From the NCBI GenBank assembly GCA_951406725.2, contig OX597815.1, positions 192,572,001 through 192,636,000 on the forward strand: DNA of 64,000 nt, read 5' to 3'. Within the stretch, counting starts at the first letter, position 1. Each line of letters starts with the position of its first letter. The stretch comes from Octopus vulgaris. Its lineage: Eukaryota. Under the pieces are notes generated by a model. That model did not search any database and was not told where the DNA came from. It was given only the letters and a program-made list of their open reading frames with translations. A program made the translations under genes and the position numbers. Positions 48,201 through 61,304 of the stretch are shown here, piece after piece.

Positions 48201-51004
48201 GATAGCAACACAATGAAACAATTGTTAACTATACATGATACAGTGTTAGACAAAATGTCTTGAAATGCTTAGTTATGGCTCTTTAAATTTTGAGTAAAAT
48301 TCCTATCGAGCTCAGCTCTACCATTCATCCGGCTGGGTTAATGAAAAAAAGGTATCAAAGTATTAGACATGAGCTAATCTTTATTATTATTTTCTACTCT
48401 AGGCATAAAGCCTGAAATTTTTGAGCAGTGGAGGAGGCGAATCGATTGACCTCAGTTTGGAACTGGTATTTAATTTATCAACCCCGAAAGGATGAAAGGC
48501 GAAGTCGACCTCAGCGGAATTTGAACTCAGAACGTAAAGACAGATGAAATACTGCTAAGCATTTTGCCCGGCATGCTAATGTTTCTGCCAGCTTGCAGCC
48601 CAGGTCTTGTGCCTGTGTTAAAAATTAGTTATTTCTTATTGCTACTTCTTACAGCAACAGACATACTGTCTGTCACTCCATTGTATTTCTGTACACTTCT
48701 ATTATATTTCAATCTTTTACTTGGTTCAGTCACTAGGCTGTGGCCATGCTGGGGCATCATCTTGAAGAAATTTTAGTCAAATGAATTGATTCTGGTACTT
48801 AATTTGCTTTTATGAGCCTGGAACTTACTCTATTAGTGTCTTTTGCTGAACTGTTAAGTTGCGGGGATGCAAATACACCAACACCAGATGTGAAGTGATT
48901 GTGGGTGACAAACACACACACAATGGGCTTCTTTCAGTATCTGTCTACCAAATCCTCTTACAAGGCTTTGGTCGGCCCAAGGTTATTGTAGATGATACTT
49001 GTTTAAGGTACTATGCAGTGGAATTGAACCAGGAACTATGTGGTTGGGAAGCAAACCTTTTACCACACAGCCATGCCTGTGCCTGCACAGCCAGGCTTGC
49101 ACCTACACAGCCACCGTGGTGGGATTAAGAGGTTTGTTTTGCAACACCATAGCCTTCGAGTTCATTCCAATTATGTAACACTGTCAGCAAGTATCTCTCA
49201 TTATAATCTCAAGCTGAACAATGCTTTGTGTAAAGTAGGTAGACAATGCATGCTACAAAATGTGAGTGTATGCATGTGTCTATGTGCATGAATGTGTGCA
49301 TGTATGTGGGTGTGAATGTATTTACGCTGACCCATGTATGAGTTGACATTGTATTGTATATCATCATCATCGTTTAACGTCCGTTTTCCATGCTAGCACA
49401 GGTTGGACAGTTCGACCGGGATCTGGGAAGCCAGGAGGCTGCACCAGGCTCCAGTCTGATCTGGCAGTGTTTCTACAGCTGGATGCCCTTCCTAACGCCA
49501 ACCGCTCTGTGAGTGTAGTGGGTGTTTTTTTACGTGCCACCAGCACAGGTGCCAGGGGAGGCTGACAGCGGCCACGATTGATTGGTGCTTTTTACGTGCC
49601 ACCAACCCAGGTATCACAACTACAATTTCCATTTGATATTTATTTTGATGTTGATGTACTTGACTCAATAGGTCTCGTTGCTGCATAAAACAATGTCGCT
49701 GTATAGTAGGTGTTTCCGATCACATCTACCACAAAAAATGCCCAGCTGTTGAATGGTTCATCTTTCAAAAGATTAGAGTGCTAAAGTACCTTACATCAAG
49801 GGAAACAAATAAGGCCTGGCAACAGGAAAGGCATCCAATGAGCGTCCAATGAGCATTGTGCGCCCCATGCCTAAAAAGGGAGTTGGGGATTCAGATTTGG
49901 TGATGTGATATGAACTATCAAATCTCAAAGGCCTGCTGTTTACAGTTGCTATGTTCCCATCATCATCATCATCATCATCATTGTTTAATGTCTGCTTTCC
50001 ATGCTAGCATGGGTTGGACGATTTTGACTGAGGGCTGGCGAACCAGATGACTGCACCAGGCTTCAATCTTGATCTGGCAGAGTTTCTACAGCTGGATGCC
50101 CTTCCTAACGCCAACCACTCCGAGAGTGTAGTGGGTGCTTTTTACATGCCACCAGCACGGGGGCCAGTCAGGCAGTACTGGCAATGACCTCGCTTGAATC
50201 TTTTTACACATGCCACCAGCATAGGTGCAAGTAAGGTGATGCTGGTAACGATCATGCTTGAATGGTGCTCTTTTATGTGCCACCGGTACGGGAGCCAGTT
50301 AGCTGCTCTGGCAATGATAACGCTTGGATGGTGCTCTTGGCACCCTACTAGCTCGGGCACAAGTGCCAGTAAGGCGATGCTGGTAACGATCATGCTCGAA
50401 TGGTACCTTTTAAGTCCCACTGGCATGGAATCCGGTTAGACGCTCTGTCAACGATCACACTCGTATGGTGCTCTTTGCACCCCGCTAGCACGGATGCCAG
50501 TCTCTTCTACAGAATTAGGAACTAAAATATTTCCAACAGAGAATTGAAACCAAACTGAAGGTTCTCTTCGTGAAGAATTTACAGTAGAATCATAACTAGT
50601 ATGTAGCTGGTTTACATCCTACAATTATCAGCTGTTAAATTGTAGTCTACCATTTTAGAAAAATGTAAAAAACATGGTTGGTGATCACATCATCATCATC
50701 ATCATCATCATCATCGTTTAACGTCTGCTTTCCATGCTAGCATGGGTTGGACGATTTTGACTGAGGGCTGGCAAACCAGATGGCTGCATCAGGCTCCAAT
50801 CTTGATCTGGAAGAGTTTCTACAGCTGGATGCCCTTCCTAACACCAACCACTCCGAGAGTATATATCCTTAGATATATAATATCTGGAGAAAGAAAGAGA
50901 GAGGAGGAGAGAGAGATAGAGAGATGAAATGGTCTCAACAGGAATACTTTCCCTTACAGGTCAGCTTGATCAAGGCTGACCTGGAGTTACACAACTAAAA
51001 CACC

Positions 51005-51450
51005 GGATAATTTTTGGGAAGTACATTCGTATGCATTTCACTAAGGAAAAAAAAAAACCTCACCTGTTTTTGCATGGAATCAAGTACACTGATCTCCTAA
51101 TGTGCTGCAAGCCTCTTATATTTGTTCAGAAGAAAAAAAAAAGGTGGGGTCGGGGTGAACCGGAATTACCCCCCTTCCTCCATCTCAGAATCATTGGAAA
51201 TTTTTTTTTTCTGTTGAATGAATTACGGTGACCTAATATGCCACAAAACACATTTTTTGTCTGGAAAATTAGTGTGGAGTGGTGTGGAGTGGAAACAAGG
51301 AAAAAGTTTTCCAATGATTCTGGGATGGGATGGGGATCTGGTTTCCCACACATTAGGAGGTCAAGTTACTTGATTCTATGTAAAAAAATCTGAGGTTTTT
51401 CTTTTTTTTTCTTAGTGAAAAACATGCAGGTGTACTTCCCAAAATTTACC
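51005..51450. mobile_element. MITE/foldback with ~55-bp terminal inverted repeats
   Basis: ggataatttttgggaagtaca...ttcactaaggaaaaaaaaaaacctca versus tgaggttttt...cttagtgaaa...tgtacttcccaaaatttacc; TSD unclear. Confidence 0.7.
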
Positions 51451-52276
51451 AAATAACTTAATAGATTAACATGAAACAATAACAAATAAGAATACACAGG
51501 TGCAGGTATGGCTATGTGGTAAGGAGTTTGCCTTACAGTCACATGGTTCCAGGTTCAATCTCACTATGTGGCACTTTGTCTTCTACTACAGCTTTGGGCG
51601 AACAAAAGCCTTGGTAGACAGAAAACAAAAGACGCCCAGCATATATGTATATATGTGGAGGCGCAATGGCCCAGTGGTTAGGGCAGCCGACTCACAATTG
51701 GAGGATCGCGGTTTTGATTCCCAGACTGGGCGTTGTGTGTGTTTATTGAGCGAAAACACCTAAAGCTCCACAAGGCTCCTGCAGGGGGTGGTGGCGACCC
51801 CTGTTGTACTCTTTTTCCACAACTTTCTCTCACTCTCTCTTCCTGTTTCTTGAGTAACGCTGCACTGGCCTGGTGTCCTGTCCAGTTGGGGAAGGGGACA
51901 TATGCCACAGAAACCGAGAAAGCAGGCCCATGAGCCTGGCTAGGCTTGAAAAGGGGGACGTTTATCATTTTTTTTACATATGTATATATATATATATATA
52001 TATATTGTGTGTGTGTGTTTGTCCCCCACCACTGTTTGACAATCAGTGTTTGAATGTTTACACCCACCCCCATAACTTAGTGCTTTGGTAAAAGGGATCA
52101 AAAGAATAAGTGGCAGGTTTAAACAAACAAGTACCAGGATCAATGCGTTCGACTAAAATTCTTCAGGATGGTGCTCCAGCATGGCCACAGTCTAATGACT
52201 AAAACAAGGAAAAACATAAAAGCAAATCTAAATAATAATAATAATAATAATAATAATAGTATAGAAATTCACTCAC

Positions 52277-52502
52277 AGATGATGCTGTTAACAAGAACTG
52301 GATTCAGTTGGGTTTTGCCAGCAGCAGGGCTTGAGGAAATTGAACAGTTGATGAGTTCATGTCTCTTGAAGAAGATATTCATTAGCTGCCTGGCCATTCT
52401 GCGTCCATCTATTTTGCCTTTTTTATCATAAGCCTTCTTCCTTACACCATGGAGTTGCTCATCATATATATAGATACTTGATCCTGGCAACAGTTCCTTC
52501 AT
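52277..52502 (-). CDS. Coding exon with N-terminal part of BEN domain (MKELLPGSSIYIYDEQL...RRMARQLMNIFFKRHELINCS...LNPVLVNSII)
   Basis: Acceptor ttattttacag|ATG and donor ATCT|gtgagt (phase 1). ELxxGSxIYI, RQLMxxFFxRxEL and LNPxxVxxII resemble BEN domains of NAC1/BEND7 type as I recall them. Confidence 0.9.
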
Positions 52503-53009
52503 CTGTAAAATAAAGAGATTATCTTAATATAATAAACGAGACAAAACATTAACCGAAGCGGATTAGAATAATTTAGAAAATTTATTTCATGCAAGAAATA
52601 CTACAATACGTTTAATTCTTACAGTAAACTGTGAGGTAAGAAGCTTGCTTCCCAACCAAATGGTTCTGGGTTCAGTCCCACTGCTAATAAAAGTGGGAAA
52701 TTTTTACATAATTCCAATTGATATATCAGTCTGGAGGTAAAAGACATGGTAACATTAATTTTTTCGCTTTTAATTTACCTGAAACAAATTTTTCGACTCC
52801 AACTAAATGCCTGATTTCCAGTTACTAAGCATTAGGCTTCATTAGTGAAGTCACCCTCACACAGCAATTCATGACTTGCTCAAAATTAGTATTAGAAATA
52901 CGGTATACCAGTAAAGTGCAGTTTGCAACAATGATTTCTAAGGGTGTTTGCTTGAGAAACTTCCATTACAAGGCAAACAGCAGTTCTGATGAAGTTGATG
53001 CTGATAAAT

Positions 53010-54190
53010 CAAGCAAACAGAAACCAATCAAACGGATCAAAATAATTTTGACTGTATCTGGTATGAGAACCTCCTAGCTAAGCTGCTTGCTATAAGCTTC
53101 ATAAATTTTAACATACTGGACTGAAAGCTTCCTGTCATTCCATGCCATCATGCAATCATACCTATTTCTTTATTGCCCACAAGGGGCTAAACATAGAGGG
53201 GACAAACAAGGACAAAGGGATTAAGTTGATTAGATCGACCCCAAGTGCGAAACTGGTATTTAATTTATCGACCCCGAAAGGATGAAAGGCAAAGTCGACC
53301 TCGGAGAAATTTGAACTCAGAACGTAACAACAGACGGAATACCGTTAGGCATTTCGCCTGGCATGCTAATGTGTCTGCCAGCTTGCCGATCATATAACCA
53401 TACCATCATAGCATAGAGGTCTCTCTGACTTGCACCAAGATTTGGTTATATCATCCATGTTCCAGCAGAACCCCATGTTAACAGTGAAAGAATTAGGGGT
53501 TGATTCAAGGATGGTTACTCTACTCTTTTACTTGTTTCAGTTATTGCCGAACCACTAAGTTACTTGTTTCAGTCATTTGACTGTGGTCACACTGGAGCAC
53601 AGCCTTTCATCGAGTAAATTGACCCCAGGACTTATTCTTTGTAAGCCTAGTACTTATTCTATCGTTCTCTTTTGCCGAACCACTAAGTTACTTGTTTCAG
53701 TCATTTGACTGTGGCCATGCTGGAGCACCATCCTTAATCGAGTAAATCAACCCCAGGACATTCTTTGTAAGCCTAGTACTTATTCTATCGTTCTCTTTTG
53801 CTGAACTGCTAGTTTTACGGGGACGTAAACACACAAGCAAACAGAAAGCAATCAAACGGATCAAAATAATTTTGACTGTGTCTGGTATGAGAACCTTCCA
53901 GCTAAGCTGCTTGCTATAAGCTTCATTAATTTCAACCTACTGGACTGAAAGCTTCCTGTCATGCCATGCCATCATGCGATCATACCATCATAGTATAGAG
54001 GTCTCTCTGACTCGCATTCTGTCAACTCTGATTTGCACCAACGCTTGATTATATCATCCACGTTCTTCCTCTTCTACATTAACAGCCTGCTTGGAGTCAC
54101 TTCCGAAAATGTTCATTCCTGCACAGATGATACCATTCTTCACAACCAATGAAGGAGCCTGAGAGTCTAGCTTCAGGAATTTACTTCCTA
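53010..54190. repeat. Local ~190-bp direct duplication (53010-53430 vs 53834-54012); first copy interrupted by SINE A (53162-53388)
   Basis: caagcaaacagaaa.caatcaaacggatcaaaataattttgactg...gaggtctctctgact occurs twice. Confidence 0.85.
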
Positions 54191-54410
54191 TTCGTGTTTG
54201 CTTTCTTTCTTTTTTCTTCTTTTGCCCTTACTTCAGATAGGCTGTGTGGGTTAAGCTGACACTGCAACCACACGGTTTAGGGTTCAGTCCCAGTGCAGCA
54301 CCTTGGGCAATTTTCCAGATGTCTTCTACTATACCACCAGGTCAACCAATGGTGTGTGAGTGAATTTGGTAGATGGAAACTGTGAAGAAGCCTGTCGTGT
54401 GTGTGTGTAT

Positions 54411-54452
<42 letters not shown>

Positions 54453-55175
54453 TCATCATCATCATCGTTTAACGTCCGTTTTCCATGCTAGCATGGGCTG
54501 GACGGTTCGACCGGGGTCTGGGAAGTCAGGAGGCTGCACCAGGCACCAGTCTGATCTGGCAATGTTTCTACAGCTGGATGCCCTTCCTAACGTCAACCAC
54601 TCCGTGAGTGTAGTGGGTGCTTTTTACGTGCCACCGGCACAGGGGCCAGAAGAGGCTGGCAAACGGCCATATATATATATATGGTTCAAATTTACAGAAG
54701 AAACTAAAGACAAAGACGGGTGTATGAACAGCAAGCAGGTGTATTAGTTTAACGGTCAAGAAAAATGGAAAAGTCTTTTACCTTTTGAGCCTTTGCTCTT
54801 CAGCAGAAAGGATTGAGAGGGAAAAAATGGAGAGAGAAAAACTATGCAGAGTTCAATGGTATATGTGTGTGTGTGTGTGTAAGTTTATGTTTATTATCCT
54901 CAAAACTGCACCACTACTACCAATACCACCGCTGTTGGTTTGTTTACATTCCTGTAACTTAGCCGTTTGAGCAAAGACACAGATAGAATAAGTATCATGC
55001 TTAAAGTGGAAGTGATTTGTTTGCCCAAAACTCTCTAGGTTGGAACCTCAGTGTTACTGCAGTTTGGAGACCAAAAAACAAAAGAAAGAAAGATTGTCAT
55101 CTTGCAGACATTCAAATCAAGCATTAACCATATTGTCTCACCATTCTTGGAGGGCCAAAAATAGTTATGAGAAAT

Positions 55176-55553
55176 GCCGCTTTCTTGGAGAGGCGGTTGG
55201 ATGGAACTTACATTCGCCTCCTTATGAGAGCTCAAAATCTCTCGTGGAAACGGCATCCAACCGAAGTACAAATATATGGGAAATTACCACCTGTATCATC
55301 TCTTGTGAAAGGTAGAAGAGTCCAGTTTGCTGGACATTGTTGTAGAGCTGAAAACGAGGTAATTTCTACTCTTCTCCTCTAGAAGCTATCTGCTCACGAT
55401 ACCAGAGGGCACACACTCTCCTACCCTGATGTAATCTCCAGGGATACAGGCATCCAGCAAGAGGACCTCCGTAATGCTATGATGGACCGTGAAGTCTGGC
55501 ATAACATAGTAAATTCCATTGTCTTGACCACGGTCGAACAATGATGATGATGA
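55176..55553 (+). pseudogene. RTE-clade LINE 3' end with (TGA)n tail
   Basis: LERRLDGTYIRLLMRAQNLSWKRHPTEVQIYGKLPPVSSLVKGRRVQFAGHCCR...AMMDREVW with one in-frame stop. Confidence 0.85.
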
Positions 55554-55873
55554 TCATCATCATCGTTTAGCGTCCGCTTTCCATGCTAGCATGGGTTGGA
55601 CGGTTCAACTGGGGTCTGGGAAGCCAGAAGGCTGCACCAGGCCCAGTCTGATCTGGCAATGTTTCTACAGCTGGATGCCCTTCCTAACGCCAACCACTCC
55701 ATGAGTGTAGTGGGTGCTTTTTACGTGCCAGACGAGGCTGGCAAACAGCCACGATCGGATAGTGCTTTTTACGTGATGTTATGGAGTAAAAAAAAAATGT
55801 CTTCATTCATAGCAAACATCAAACTTTGAAATACAATTTCATTCTCAATGATAAACATGTGTTGTTAACTTAC

Positions 55874-56034
55874 ACTGTATTTGTCAGCAATGTCTTTACT
55901 GAGGAAACCAGCCAAAGGTCGGTCACTGTTTGATGCGATACTGTCATTGCTGCTACTGTTGTGTGGACAGGTTGGCAACGGAGTCATCGGTGCCAAATTT
56001 TTATCTACAGCATTTGTATAGGTTAGCTGTAAGT
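55874..56034 (-). CDS. Internal coding exon of BEN-domain protein gene (xLQLTYTNAVDKNLAPMTPLPTCPHNSSSNDSIASNSDRPLAGFLSKDIADKYS)
   Basis: Pyrimidine-rich acceptor (ttaattccag|AC) and donor AGT|gtaagt. 161 nt open; enters phase 1 and exits phase 0, matching the next exon start ATG AAG GAA. Confidence 0.85.
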
Positions 56035-56831
56035 CTGGAATTAAAAAAAGGAAAAAGAAAACAAAAAGGTCAACATGAGTCTTGAGAAATTTTTTAAAGC
56101 AAGAAAAAGAAATTTTAAAAAGATTAAAATGAACCTGCTCAATAAATTACACTGGAGATAAATGAAAAAAAACAAAAAAGAAAAAAAAACACAACTCAAA
56201 CCAATGTAGTAAACAGTTCAATCAGATTTATCTATAACTGTTCAACTATGAAAGGTTTAAAGATAGAGAGACTATCAAGAGAGAATATCTAACAGTTAAA
56301 GCATAAAATATGGTTTTAATTTTTGCATATAATTTTCCATAATATATTTTACATAAGATAATAAATATATATATATATATATTTATTTTTTAGCATAAGT
56401 AAAGTATTTCAGAAGTTTTTCACATTTAAGAACAACTGAGATTTGAATTAAATCAATATATAGCAGCCTTGATTCCTCAGAAGTTATTGGAAATTGCCAT
56501 TAACCATGCAGAAGATTGGAGTTGGAAACGAGTGAGGCAACATGCTATTTTAGCATGTGTGTGTATTTGTATATGTCTTAATAACAGGAAAGATGTTGTT
56601 GTTTTTGTTTGGTCCTGCTTCAACCCTGATCAAACAAACCTCTGATCAAAGGTATTCCTGCTTTCATCGTCTTGTTCTTGTGTATGTCTACAACCACATT
56701 ATTTAGCATGTAGTTTCTTATTTGAAGACAGAAGTGTATGACTTGAGGGAAATTCAGCTGCCATTTATAGCATGAGAAAATAACAACATAGAGGCTCACT
56801 CAAAAGAGTGACAGTACTGCAGATATGTCTA

Positions 56832-57355
56832 CCGTAAATCCTTGAGTATAATCTGCAATTTTTTTCCAAAATTTAAAGGTCAAAATCCCTAGTGTGTACT
56901 ATATACGAGGTTAAAAATGAAAAATATTTTCTAAGCAATGTCCGAGTTTCTATTTGCTGTCCGGCAATGTTTATTCAGACACATTTTGTGTTTTTGGGGC
57001 GCGAAAATACCTTAAGCTAAGCCTGAAAGCAATGAAGTCATAAAAGAATCATCCATAACTTGCAGTAAGCAACATTTATTAAAATAAAAGTATTCAGAAC
57101 ACAGAATAACATGTAACAAAAACAATTTGCAAACATATTTACAATTCCCATATAACAGTTAAGAACATCACCATTATTGTATTACGCATGCGCGGAAGTG
57201 TTTGTTCGACTAGGTGCTGCTGGCTTAACTACGCACAACTCAAGTCAGAGAAGGGGTGCGTATTATACACAAGGTTTAGGTTTTTCAGAGGTACAGCCCC
57301 CTAAAAATCCCCTGCGTATTATACTCAAGGGCAGACTATACTCAAAAATTTATGG
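56832..57355. mobile_element. Tc1/mariner superfamily (Tc2/pogo-like) MITE
   Basis: TA|ccgtaaatccttgagtata ... tatactcaaaaatttatgg|TA: terminal inverted repeats with TA TSD. Confidence 0.8.
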
Positions 57356-57759
57356 TATATGTTGGTTTCAAATTTGGACACAAGGCCAGCAATTTCGGGA
57401 AGGGGCTAAGTCGATTACATCGACCCCACTGCTCAACTGGTTCTTATTTTATTGACCTGAAAGGAAGAAAGGCAAAGTTGGCCTTGGTGGAATTTTAATT
57501 CAGAATGTGAAGGCTGATGAAATGCTGCTAGGCATTTTGCCCACTGTGCTAATGGTTCTGCTAGCTTGCCACTTTAGACATGTCTATATATTAAATATAT
57601 CAACTGTATCAAATCAGACTGCCATCATGAACCATACTCTGTAAAGGACCAAGAGGATGATCTTCTGGTTTCAGTAATTATGTTAAGTGATCTTTAAGAA
57701 CACATGATTAGAATGTGATTAGAATGTCATGTGATTAGAACACGTGATTAGAATGTCAT

Positions 57760-57970
57760 CGCAAAGCAGATTCTTCAAGCCAAGCTAACTGGCAGGAAAC
57801 GTAGGGGTAATCCAAGAACAAGATGGTTGAATAATATTCATAGTCTCAGTTGGTCATCCTTGGGAATCCAGCTGGAAAGTGTAATAACAAACATTTTCTT
57901 CTGACAGGACCCTATGGAAGAGGTGCCAGAGAGCTCTACCCCACCTGCATGACTTCCCTGAGGAACTGTG
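57760..57970 (+). pseudogene. RTE LINE 3' fragment
   Basis: QILQAKLTGRKRRGNPRTRWLNNI matches the RTE G.R.RGRPR.RW motif. Confidence 0.7.
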
Positions 57971-58198
57971 GCCAGAAAAAAAAAATTGATGGATTTTAAA
58001 GAACTACATGCAACTAGGGAACAACTAGTTAATATTTCGGAAAAAATTTGTCCTTTGCTTTAGTTTGTAGGGAAGAGTTTTGGGAATCAGGTGGAGCCAT
58101 TTGACAGCTGATATACTTCATTATGTAGCTTCACATTACTGTTAGATTTTTAGCATCAGAATTTCCTTATTTCATCTGAATTATATGAATCATATATA

Positions 58199-58261
<63 letters not shown>

Positions 58262-58296
58262 TAATATATATACATATCATCATCATCATCATCATC

Positions 58297-58532
<236 letters not shown>

Positions 58533-59046
58533 GGTGTGTGTAAACATATGACTATGTATGTGCACACGTTTTGTGGATGTGCGTGCGCGTGTGTATGTTT
58601 CCTAGCTAATTAACCGTAAAATATCTATTGTAATTCAAATTTAAAAGTATAGGCCAATCGAATGCATCTGTGAAAATTAATACCATGCAAACAGAGGAAT
58701 TTAACTGATTGCATATATATGCAGATATCCACTTGCCTTGGATGGTACTATGGTGGTGGTATTAACTTTATTGGCTTTTTGTGAAGTGACACATTTTAAT
58801 ATTTTGAACTGTTTAATATATATGCCTGCATTGAGTGTGAGTGTGTCTGTTGTGGTTTCTTGATGTTGGTTGAGGAGCTGTGGAGTTCAATATGGAACAT
58901 TATTGTGTTTGTTGATGTATATTGATTTATATTGTTTATATTGTATTATTGTGTATATATATATATGTAAGAATATGAGTATGTATGCACTCATATTTAT
59001 ATTTATATGTAAATTATTTAGGGTTTGTACTCATACTTGCATTAGA

Positions 59047-59160
59047 ATCTCTGAAGAGGCCGTAAGATATTCTTGTTAATGTCTCATTTATACGTGCATT
59101 ATATGGCTAATAGGTTAAATGAGACATACCTGTCTTCATGGCCGAAACAGCTGTAAGCTA
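59047..59160 (+). ncRNA. Hammerhead ribozyme with canonical core and greatly extended stem II
   Basis: CTGAAGA(59051-59057)-ggcc...atgtctcattta...taaatgagacat...ggcc-GAAACAGCTGTA; palindromic stem III acagctgt; stem I weak. Confidence 0.65.
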
Positions 59161-59351
59161 CAATGTAAATGTATTTTTATGTCTTGTTATATTTATTTAG
59201 TTATATCTCACCATATTGATTGTAATTATTGTACTGTATTAATGTATAATATCATTGCTATTGTGTAGTGTTTTAATAAAGTATATGATTCGGTATTATT
59301 ATCTGATGGTTGATGATTGATTTAGATATATTTCTCCATTTTCTCATTTGG

Positions 59352-59445
<94 letters not shown>

Positions 59446-59446
59446 C

Positions 59447-59497
<51 letters not shown>

Positions 59498-59918
59498 CAT
59501 ATACATACACATATATACACACACACTTGTGCTTTCACAGAAGCTAAAATCACTTTAGTTTCATCGACTCGGTTGTTCTAGCTATCCTCTGTGGACTGTG
59601 CAAAAAGGTATTCATCTGTCAAATGTGATGCACAGGGAATCTGGTAATAGCATGGGATGTGCATGTGCATGCCTGTATGTGTGTGCCTGTGTGAACACAT
59701 GTGCGTGTGTGTGTATGTGTGCGTGTGTGTGCATGTGTGTGTGTGCTCTATATTGTGTCAGCGTGTTATGAAACTGAATGATGTTCTTTGGGTACAGTGA
59801 CATGTTTTATTTGGTGTTATTGTTAATCAATTGTTATGTGTGCATCGCAGTAAGGTCGTGCATGCATCAGCTGAAGAGACACTCCACTTATCCAGATAGC
59901 TTATTGTATCTTTACAAT

Positions 59919-60013
59919 CTACAACAAAGACAGGAAGTAGTTTGTGATGGCGAGTTTGAATTCCTGTTGGATGGAATCCATTATTTTGGTGACATTGATG
60001 TCAATGCAAGGTT
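59919..60013 (-). CDS. Candidate alternative terminal exon of the same gene (phase 1: xPCIDINVTKIMDSIQQEFKLAITNYFLSLL*; phase 0: NLALTSMSPK*)
   Basis: Acceptor ctctttatgtctag| after a T-rich tract; unique non-repetitive sequence; minus-strand AATAAA at 59806-59811. Reading frame is uncertain. Confidence 0.45.
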
Positions 60014-60196
60014 CTAGACATAAAGAGATTACAATAAGAGGAACACAAAAAAAAAGAAAAAAAAAGAAAAATGAAAAAAAAAAAAAAAAAAAAAAAACAA
60101 CAAAAATACTCTATTTGATAGCTGATGTTTTCCAGATCATTAATATAGTATTTAAAAACAATCATAAACTGTTGTAGTTGTTAATAAAGTTAATAC

Positions 60197-60214
60197 GAAT
60201 TCATGTGGAGAGGT
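60197..60214 (-). CDS. Candidate 18-nt microexon (TSPHEF in phase 0)
   Basis: Strong acceptor ttttctgttttgttttggttctctgccag| but weak donor TTC|gtatta. Confidence 0.3.
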
Positions 60215-60499
60215 CTGGCAGAGAACCAAAACAAAACAGAAAATAAGAAATAAAAAAGGCATTTGAATGGATTTGTTTCATTTAGGAAAATATGTTAACT
60301 CCTATGTTGAGTCACGTATGCTAAAACATTGATGTTTTCTCTTATTGACCATTTCCATTATGACATTTAAGATTTTTTCCTCCATGATAACCAGAAAGAA
60401 TTTTTATGAACTTATCTTCTGCCAAGATTAAGTGATAACATTACCGGCCACTTTGTTTTCCTTTTGACTCTGAAATATCCTGTCCACCCCTCACTCCCT

Positions 60500-60664
60500 C
60501 CCTCCATCCATCAATCCATCTCTTTCTCTCTCTCTCTCTGTCTGTTAATCTATCTGTCTATCTATCTACCAGATCATCTATCCATCTATTTATCTATCAG
60601 ATTACCTACCTACCCACCCACCCAGTCATAAAAAACCTACCTACCAACCTACCTACCTACCTAC

Positions 60665-60738
<74 letters not shown>

Positions 60739-60803
60739 GTCTGTCTGTCTATCCGTCCGTCTGTCCATCCATCCATCCATCCATCCATCTATCTACCTGT
60801 CTG

Positions 60804-60860
<57 letters not shown>

Positions 60861-60971
60861 ATCTATCTATCTATCTATCTATCTATCTAATGTTCTATCT
60901 ATATCTATCTATATCTATATCTATCTATTTATCCATCTATCTGTCTATCCATCTATCTATCTATCTATCTA

Positions 60972-61029
<58 letters not shown>

Positions 61030-61115
61030 AATCTATCAATCTATCTACCTGATCCATCCATCCGTCTGTCTATCTGTCTCTCTCCTCTCCTCTCTCTCTC
61101 TTTCTATCTATCTTT
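60500..61115. repeat. Compound tetranucleotide microsatellite (TCTA/TCCA/CCTA/TCTG)n
   Basis: Direct inspection. Confidence 0.95.
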
Positions 61116-61173
61116 TCTTTCGTATTTTAATATTTTTGTTTACTTTATCAAGGAAACCAATAAAAGAACAAAC

Positions 61174-61190
61174 CTCCACTGTAAAGTTGT
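61174..61190 (-). CDS. Candidate 17-nt microexon (ACAACTTTACAGTGGAG)
   Basis: Acceptor ctctctatctgttttaacag| and donor GAG|gtttgt in a small unique island between (TCTA)n and (CA)n. Confidence 0.35.
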
Positions 61191-61273
61191 CTGTTAAAAC
61201 AGATAGAGAGGTAAAGATTGTGTAGATGTCTATCTCGCACACACAAGCACACACACACACACAAGCACACACA

Positions 61274-61304
<31 letters not shown>

